In this document: positions 40,874-48,400 of the stretch, one piece after another
Position numbering within the stretch: position 1 is the stretch's first letter
Layout of the letters: every line of letters starts with the position of its first letter
Source of the DNA: Candidatus Saccharimonadota bacterium
GTDB lineage: Bacteria > Patescibacteriota > Saccharimonadia > Saccharimonadales > AWTP1-31
Direction: 5' to 3'
Assembly: GCA_003962975.1 (NCBI GenBank)
Contig: RXKC01000006.1
Location: forward strand, 9,788-73,787
Length of the DNA stretch: 64,000 nucleotides
Position numbers and translations under genes: made by a program
The notes under the pieces: generated by a model
Told to the model about the DNA's origin: nothing
Database searches by the model: none
What the model saw: the letters and a program-made list of their open reading frames with translations, nothing else

Positions 40874-41602
40874 CTATTGGCCGGAGGTCGGCCTTAACAG
40901 AGACTGAACTTTATTCTTAACGGCACTATACCAAGTGTCCGAGTCTAAATGCAGCGTAGTAGTTAATGGTGTGCCAACAGAAAAAGCTGTCTTGTTTATA
41001 GCGTCTTGATTAAATCTGGCTCTGACGGTTGTGAGCACTTCTTTATCGACAGTGCTCAGTTTAAAGTCGTAGACACTACCTTCGACCTGTTTATCGTCTG
41101 GAAAAACGATGGTCAGCTTACTGTTGGTATTGAGCCTGGAATAATCAGGTGAAGACAGTTTGTAGGTAGCTTCCACATATAGCTTGTTCTCTATGTTTAT
41201 GGTGGCTATCTGACTGTTCGCCGGCACAAATGCCCCACGACGATAACCAATAGACTGAACCTGCCCAGGGGCAGCCGCCGAAATGGTGACCAAGCCATCA
41301 TTAGTTAAGGAATACAGTAAAGATGACTTGGCGACATCATTGTTTCTAATGGCATCACTGAGCGTTGGGCTACGTAGTGCAAACAATGGATCTTTAGTCT
41401 TGATATAGGCACCCTCGTCAACAAATTGTTTTTCGATGATACCCGAATAATCTACGCCTACCGTGTAATTGTCGGACTGTAGTCGAGCGTCGATTGAATC
41501 TACCTTGGACATAGAATAATTCAGATACATAAACAACCCGGCACAAACCAACACCACCGCCAGCATGCCAGCTAAGAATTTTATTCTTACTACCGGTTTC
41601 AT
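40874..41602 (-). CDS. HlyD/membrane-fusion-type protein lacking a coiled-coil hairpin
   Basis: N-terminal TM. Lipoyl-like halves GIIEKQFVDEGAYIKTKDPLFAL and APGQVQSIGYRRGAFVPANSQIATI, followed by a beta-barrel region. Confidence 0.6.
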   Translation of the reverse strand: MKPVVRIKFLAGMLAVVLVCAGLFMYLNYSMSKVDSIDARLQSDNYTVGVDYSGIIEKQFVDEGAYIKTKDPLFALRSPTLSDAIRNNDVAKSSLLYSLTNDGLVTISAAAPGQVQSIGYRRGAFVPANSQIATINIENKLYVEATYKLSSPDYSRLNTNSKLTIVFPDDKQVEGSVYDFKLSTVDKEVLTTVRARFNQDAINKTAFSVGTPLTTTLHLDSDTWYSAVKNKVQSLLRPTSGQ

Positions 41603-43128
41603 ATATTATCTCCTTTTATGTGTGCTAATTTATTGTGATTTGCTCGTCTCATACTTTTAGCCTCTCTGGCTGCCACCCACACAAAATATCCAAAAATAAA
41701 GGTATTAAGTGCTGACCATATAATCGACACCGAGAACTCCCTGGTGTAAGCACTCTTCCATATGCCTATCAAAGTAGTAATGCCCAAGAAAAGGAATACG
41801 TATACTTGGGCACGCATATAGTTAAAGGGTGAGTCATAGGAATCGACACGATTTGTAGCTTGCCATGATTCGTCTTGTCCACGCAAAGCATTGAAAAATG
41901 CCTTAATGTATATCGGAAACGATACCGCAGACAGCATCAACGTTTCAAACTGTAACTTACCCATCACATAGACAGACAGTACCAGCTGAGTTAGATAAAA
42001 ACCAGAATACAACAAAGCCCACTGCCAGACGGGTATACTGAGGGCAATTGGCGTAAGGTTAAGATATATCTGTAAAGCTGGCAAAAGCAATAATCCGGCA
42101 ATAGCAAAGCCATTAAAGTAGAACATCGTGGAATAAAGATACTGAATTCGTTGGTCTACAGTTAACCCCCTGTTAAAAAGTGGGTTACGTTTTAGGAATA
42201 TTTCAAAACTACCTGTCGCCCAACGAAGTTGTTGCTTTGAGTAGGCTTTGATTGTTTCGGGAGTCTTGCCGATTGCCATAACTCGATTAATATATACCGA
42301 CCTATAGCCATGTTCGTGTAATATCATTGAGGTCCAGATATCCTCGGACTTTGACTGCTGGTATACACCCCCCATGGCCATGACCGCACTACGACGAAAC
42401 ATTACATTAGTGCCCACGCAAAAAGCAGCATTAAATTTATTCTTGCCAACCTGAACCAAAGAATAGAATATATGCTGCATAAAACCAGCTCCACTAGAGA
42501 TAAAATTGACTTGGTTGCTATAGAATTGCGGTGTCTGCACTAGCGCCATCCGAACATCTTCAAAAAATGGTAGAGTTTCGATAATAAAATAGCTATTAGC
42601 CACAAAATCGGCATCTAAGATTACGAAAAACTCACCATTAGTCTTGCTCAGGGCGTGGTTAATGTTCCCTGCCTTGGCATGTTTATGCTCGGCACGTCGC
42701 ATATAGCCGACACCTACGCTGGCTGCCATAGCTTTAACCTCGTCTGAATTACCGTCGTCTAGAATATAGGTAGCGTGCTTGCCATAGAGCCCTTTGGCCG
42801 CCAAGGCAGTCTGTCGTATTTCGCTGACCGGCTCTCCATATACTGGAATGAATACATCGACAGAAACTGGCTTAGAGTTAATATACATCTGCTTGTCTAA
42901 AGTGGTCATAGTTTTGTATGACTTGATATCTTTAATAACCGTTTTAGTAAAGTCGCCAAAAATATTGTTCTTGGCATTGTAATACCCGAAGTGCCTTGGA
43001 TTAATCCGGCCGCTCAGAATAGTCCAGAATGACATCGATCCCAAAATAATAAAAAATAACTCCGAAACAATTACCATGGCGTAAGGCAAAGCGTCGCCTC
43101 TATAGCCAGGTTGCAATAAAAACACCAT
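41599..43128 (-). CDS. Processive family-2 glycosyltransferase (BcsA/CrdS-like beta-glycan synthase), no PilZ domain
   Basis: ILDDGNSDE, HAKAGNINHAL, VILDADF, SEDIWTS, QQLRWATG, and multiple TMs. The reading frame stays open 141 nt upstream without a canonical start. Confidence 0.8.
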   Translation of the reverse strand: MVFLLQPGYRGDALPYAMVIVSELFFIILGSMSFWTILSGRINPRHFGYYNAKNNIFGDFTKTVIKDIKSYKTMTTLDKQMYINSKPVSVDVFIPVYGEPVSEIRQTALAAKGLYGKHATYILDDGNSDEVKAMAASVGVGYMRRAEHKHAKAGNINHALSKTNGEFFVILDADFVANSYFIIETLPFFEDVRMALVQTPQFYSNQVNFISSGAGFMQHIFYSLVQVGKNKFNAAFCVGTNVMFRRSAVMAMGGVYQQSKSEDIWTSMILHEHGYRSVYINRVMAIGKTPETIKAYSKQQLRWATGSFEIFLKRNPLFNRGLTVDQRIQYLYSTMFYFNGFAIAGLLLLPALQIYLNLTPIALSIPVWQWALLYSGFYLTQLVLSVYVMGKLQFETLMLSAVSFPIYIKAFFNALRGQDESWQATNRVDSYDSPFNYMRAQVYVFLFLGITTLIGIWKSAYTREFSVSIIWSALNTFIFGYFVWVAAREAKSMRRANHNKLAHIKGDNI

Positions 43129-43403
43129 ATAAACTATGGCGCCTATTACCGCAGAAAGAAGAATTAGTGTAACCGATGGCGAAGTTAGATGCTTCTCTAG
43201 TTGACCAACCCTCCTTACGGTAGCCTTCAGTGATTTTTGACTATGAACGCTGATAAGGAGTTTCTTTGCTTATATTTGAGTAAATATAACTTAGTTTAAC
43301 ACTTTGTTGTTGCATGGGCAACTATTACTGTCTTGCTCGGTAATCTACGGCCGGCCCTATTAGTAACTCTCATGTGGAAGCTGCCCTTTGGCCAACCCAG
43401 CCT

Positions 43404-44633
43404 CTATTCACGGCGTAAGGCTTCGGTTGGGTCGATGGTCTCTGCTCGTCTGGAGGGGAAAAAGGCGACCAGAAAACCAACTATGACCATCAGTAACATC
43501 AGCACCAAGACCAGCCAAAGAGGTGTAGAAAATAGCTGGAAGCTTTCCGCAACTCCGCGCGATTTAGCGAGTTTATTAAGTAAGATATTCGCTAACTGAC
43601 CAACTAACACAGCTCCGGCCATGCCGATTGCCGAACCAATTACGGCCAGCAATGTGGCCTCGCCAATAAAAATGCGGCGCATATCGCGCCGACGACCACC
43701 CATTGCAAACATCAAACCGATCTCTTTGGTGCGCTCTAGTAGTGAAACCGTTAGGGTATTAAACATACCCAGCACGGCCACAATCATACCAATTGCTCCG
43801 AAACCAACCAGAGCAAATGTGAAATATTTAAATATTTGATTAACTTGGTCTAGGGTGTCTACTGGCGATGTTGTTTCAAAACCGATACTCTCTATTTGCC
43901 GTCTTATTTGGGGGATGTCCTCTACATTATTAACGGCCAATTTAAGCTGGGAGTACTTTGACTGACCGCCATCCTGGAAAACTCTAGCAGGGACAAATAC
44001 GATATTCTCTGACTCGCTTTTTACGACGCCTACTACTTTCATCTTTGTTTTAAGAGTCTTAGGATTTTCTGAGTCAGCAGCCTTAAAAGGAATATCCAGA
44101 TCAATCGTCTTACCAATGATATCCTTTGGGTTGTTGACACCAATAGTTCGTAGCTTGTCGGTACTAACAATTGCTACGTTGCTGTCTTTATCTGTAAACC
44201 TCCGCCCCTCGCTGATTGCCAGGTCGGATAATGATTGATACCCTTCGTCTACACCGTAGGTTGGACCACTAGACTCACTACCCTTATATTTGATAATGCC
44301 AGGGGCAGCAAAAAGCACCCCTACCTTCTGAACATTTGGCAACTGACGAATACGATTTGCAGCTCTATTGTCTAAGGTCACAATGCCAGACTTAGCGCTG
44401 GTAATATCAACTGTCTTTATCGAGTTACCACCGACTAGCTTATCGGACACCAGATTCTGCAGACCAAGACTGATAGACATCAGGAAAAAAATGGCACCAA
44501 TTCCGACAGCAATACCAATGACCGTCAAAGATGTGCGCAACTTTTTGTATAGCATGTTCTTCCAGACCATGAAAAATATTGCACTCAGTGGAGCTGCCGT
44601 ATACCGACCTTTTCTAAAGCTTAGCAGTCGCAT
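43404..44633 (-). CDS. FtsX/MacB-type ABC permease with a large extracytoplasmic domain
   Basis: KKLRTSLTVIGIAVGIGAIFF (TM1), a loop of about 220 aa, and three C-terminal TMs with ERTKEIGLMFAMGG. The start may be an internal Met (44570 or 44555). Confidence 0.8.
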   Translation of the reverse strand: MRLLSFRKGRYTAAPLSAIFFMVWKNMLYKKLRTSLTVIGIAVGIGAIFFLMSISLGLQNLVSDKLVGGNSIKTVDITSAKSGIVTLDNRAANRIRQLPNVQKVGVLFAAPGIIKYKGSESSGPTYGVDEGYQSLSDLAISEGRRFTDKDSNVAIVSTDKLRTIGVNNPKDIIGKTIDLDIPFKAADSENPKTLKTKMKVVGVVKSESENIVFVPARVFQDGGQSKYSQLKLAVNNVEDIPQIRRQIESIGFETTSPVDTLDQVNQIFKYFTFALVGFGAIGMIVAVLGMFNTLTVSLLERTKEIGLMFAMGGRRRDMRRIFIGEATLLAVIGSAIGMAGAVLVGQLANILLNKLAKSRGVAESFQLFSTPLWLVLVLMLLMVIVGFLVAFFPSRRAETIDPTEALRRE

Positions 44634-45411
44634 GGCGTTTGAGCTCCTTATTCTGTTTGATTTCTTGTTCTACCTCATTCATTAATGTCTTTATTTGAGC
44701 CGAGGTCTTATCGGGTGCGACATCAAGCACCCGACCATCTTCGATTTTCAGCAAGTGATCGGCTAAAGTTATATAGCCCATGTTATGCGTAACAACGATA
44801 ACCGTCCGTCTAAATACGGCCTGACTGTCAATTAAAAGTTTCATGATGTTACGGCTATTTTCGCTATCTAGATTGCCAGTTGGTTCATCAGCAATAATTA
44901 GCAACGGACTATTGGCCAGAGCCCTGGCCATGCCGATCCGTTGTTGTTCACCGCCAGATAGCATGATAGGACTTTTTTTGGCATAGCTAGCCATACCTAC
45001 GTAGTCTAGTGCTTGCATAGCCATTTTTAGACCCTCTTTCTTGGTGTAGCCAAGGAAAAATAATGGCACCGTCACGTTATCTAATACGTTAAGGCTTTTT
45101 ATCCAATAATTTGCCTGGTGCACAAAGCCCACCTTGTTAGCCCGATGGGCAGCCAACTCATCTGGGGACAAGGCATAAATGTCTTTGCCTCCAACTATTA
45201 CTTGACCCGATGAGGGTGCTTTAAGGCCAGCCAGTATATCTAGTAACGTCGATTTACCGCTACCCGACGAACCGTAAATAATATTGAAACTATTGGCCTT
45301 AATATCAAAGTTTATGTCAGTCAAAACCGTAACTTTTTCGTCGCCAACATCAAAAACCTGATTCACCCCAGTAACACTCATCAAGACCGAGTCATCATAT
45401 GTTTTTGTCAT
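44614..45411 (-). CDS. ABC ATP-binding protein (MacB/LolD/FtsE type)
   Basis: [36 protein letters not shown]. The ATG directly follows the TAA of the giant gene. Confidence 0.9.
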   Translation of the reverse strand: MTKTYDDSVLMSVTGVNQVFDVGDEKVTVLTDINFDIKANSFNIIYGSSGSGKSTLLDILAGLKAPSSGQVIVGGKDIYALSPDELAAHRANKVGFVHQANYWIKSLNVLDNVTVPLFFLGYTKKEGLKMAMQALDYVGMASYAKKSPIMLSGGEQQRIGMARALANSPLLIIADEPTGNLDSENSRNIMKLLIDSQAVFRRTVIVVTHNMGYITLADHLLKIEDGRVLDVAPDKTSAQIKTLMNEVEQEIKQNKELKRHATAKL

Positions 45412-48400
45412 TTAGAATCCAAATATCCCCTTAATTGTAGTCAGCACAATGGTTATGACATCATTGCTAGCCCGACCAATAATTGCCGTGTCGACACCAC
45501 CCAAACCAATATTCTTTGATTTATCGGCCGATAACGGCTGGACAGAATATACTTTAGAGGTCGAGACGTCCGAGATTACCACCACATGGTCCGTGGTTAA
45601 GGCAGTGTCCTCGGCACTCTTGTTCTGTAAGCCAGTAGCCTGTGATCCTTCAGCAAAGGCTACCTGGCTAGTAGACGGTTCGTCAGTCTTCCAGCTAATA
45701 ACAATCTGGCCTCTAGCTTCAGCCCCCATGCCGCGCACCGAGGTTTCGATGACGATGTCGCTAATCTTAGGCGGCCTGGTATCCAGCGCCGTGCGCAGAG
45801 TCTGCGCCTCGGAAGTAGCAATATTACCTCCAGCATCACGTGACTCGGCTAAGAGTCTGTACTCGGTATCATCAACCAAGCCCCTAACTACAATTTTGTG
45901 ATCTGTTTTGAGGACTGAATCAGACAATTCTTGGGCAGCCAGCCCCGTAGATGTGAGCCTGATAAGAGAAGTTGTTGGTACATTAGTGTTCCAGGTAATA
46001 ACCTGAGAACTAGTTGGTTCACCTGCGAGTGGCTGAAAATGCAGATTAGATATCCTGGGTCGGGCTGGTGTAGTAAAGGAGTATAGATCGCCCCGGTATT
46101 CACCGCCCTCATTGTCATACAAAGTAACTCTGAAGAAGTATTTTGTATCATCATCCAAACCAGTTAATTCAATATTGTAAGTAGACTCACTAAGTGAAGT
46201 GTTAACGCTCTGTTCACCGCCCAAAGATTCGGACTTGCCGTAATGGATGGCTGCCCTTGAGGCATCTTTTGAAGTAAAGCCCAGCAGCGCACTAGACAAT
46301 GACACTCTGTCAGTTTTGACCTCTTTAACAACGGGCGCCGGTGCGGTCGTAAAGCTAAACTCACTTGATACGCCAGTATTGCCATCTTCGTCCGTCCACC
46401 TGGCAACCATATAGTATTTAGTACCAGCGTCAAGGTTGTTTAACTCGATGCTATGGTATGTAACCTGGGAGGAATTACTAATTTCAGCCGCAAAGTAACT
46501 GCCCGGAGCCTTGCCAACAGCAATTTTGCTATCGCTCTCTCGGTTGGTAGACCAGTTTACTTGCGCTCGCTTTGTCGTAATATTGGTCACAACCGGACGG
46601 GCAACTAGTTCGGCCGGTTCGGTGTAGCGTCCGGTCGGTATCAGACTCACTGTCGAGCCGTTAACACCGCAGTTATTTGCGCTATCACAAGCTTTAACTC
46701 GGTAATAGTACCTTTTGGCAGTCTGCAGCCCAGAATCAACATAGCTCAGTCCGGCGGTAGTAGCGATCTGAGAGAATGCAGAGTTATCCTCTGACCTAAA
46801 GATTCTATAGTTAGCAACTCCGGCTCCACTGTCGGTAGGTGCCGCCCAGCTGAGAGCCAACTTCCAGTTAGCAATTGCTCTGGTAGAGATATCAGCAATC
46901 TCAATATTAGTAGGAATACCAGGAGCAGAAGTATTAGCCGTGAATTTTACACTCTCGTAGGTAGCGTAATTAATGTTATTGGCTTCGTCTTGGGCAACCA
47001 CATAGAAGGTGTTCTCGCCAGGCTGAGTGGCAAATGGGCCGGCTGGCACTGCAGTAACACCAGCAGCAGTAAAGGTGCAGGTCTGGGCCGTTGGCAATGT
47101 ATTAATCGTATAGCAATACTTCAGCCCACTCGCGCCACCAACAAAACTATTAGGAACCGCCCAATTAAAAGCGAATGAGTTAGTAACATTAGTGGCAGGT
47201 GTTGCAGTTACAGAACGGGGTTGAGACGGCGCCGACGTATTAACTTTAATGACAGCCGTCGTGTAACTGGTCGAGAAGTTTCCAGCTTGGTCTACTGCTC
47301 TAAAGTAGACTATGTTGTTGCCTTCTATCATATTAGGGTAGTCTATATTTTCATCTGTGCGGTACGAGCCATTATTCGGCAGAATATCGGTAATATCCTG
47401 TGCGCCATTATGTGCTACCCCGTACCATGTGCCCTCACCGCCAATACGATATTGCAAGCCAAGCAAGCCACTGTGGCCATCGTTAGCCATCTGATCGCCA
47501 GTTGTTGGCCAGGTCAATGTCACGTCTCTAGAGGCCAAGAACTGCGACGGTGCAGACACAAACCCCGGGGCGTTGGGAGCCAAGTTATCAAATCTAAAAT
47601 GGAAATCTTCGGATGCGCCTTGGTATAGATTATTAGAATTATCGAGCACCTTGATTTTTATATAGTAAGGGCTCGTTGCCGAGGCTAACGGGGTAGATAA
47701 CAAACCCGACGTTGCTAGATTTAGACTACTAGAGCTAACTGCAAAAGGACAGGCATTATCGGTGTCTATCTGGCTTGAGCCTAAATACCCTTTATCACTA
47801 GCCGGGTTAGCTGCTGCGTTAGGACCTAGATACAGGCAGTAGCCCTTAACGCCGCTCGCTCCCGGTGAGTTATCATCCTGACCTGGACTCCACTGAAAAT
47901 ATGGGCTATTGGTTGACACCCAAGCATTTTCGGCAATCACATTGCCTGTTAAGCCAGTTTTCATAATAATATTGTCTGCGTTGTCTGAGGGGGGATTAAT
48001 ATCTGGGTTAATTGTAATGTCTACTCCATTCAATACTATCGCCTGCGAACCGTTGCTAACAAGATATGCCTTCCATTTAAAGTCCCGCGTACCAACCGGG
48101 AAATCTTCGATATGCTGGTCGATTGTCGCGGCCGTACTATACTCGCCACTACCTGCAGGAGCCCAACTAGCCCCGTCCCAGTAGTGATAGGTCAAACCGT
48201 CATCGTTAGAGATCTGGTAGTATATCTCGCCACCATTCTTGGTGGCCGATTCGGTAAAAGATTGCCAGCTAGCCACTGCCGCCGGTGAATAAGCCTGATT
48301 AGGTTCGATAGTTGGTGCATCAAGAGCATACCGTTTGCCTACAAAAGAAGCCCCGCTGTCGGTAGTGCCCACAACCATCCGATTTTCGTCGATCACCTTA

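Noticed and set aside
45449-45901. Many 60-170-aa ORFs in the track lie antisense or out of frame inside long genes with clear domain content (for example 45449..45901, 4033..4341, 6589..6888, 12265..12786, 15330..15755, 28373..28774, 31586..32029, 56229..56684).
   Set aside because: They are fully embedded in ORFs carrying recognisable conserved motifs. Their products are low-complexity or Ser/Arg/Leu-rich, as is typical of shadow frames, and they lack SD or promoter context. I treat them as non-coding.
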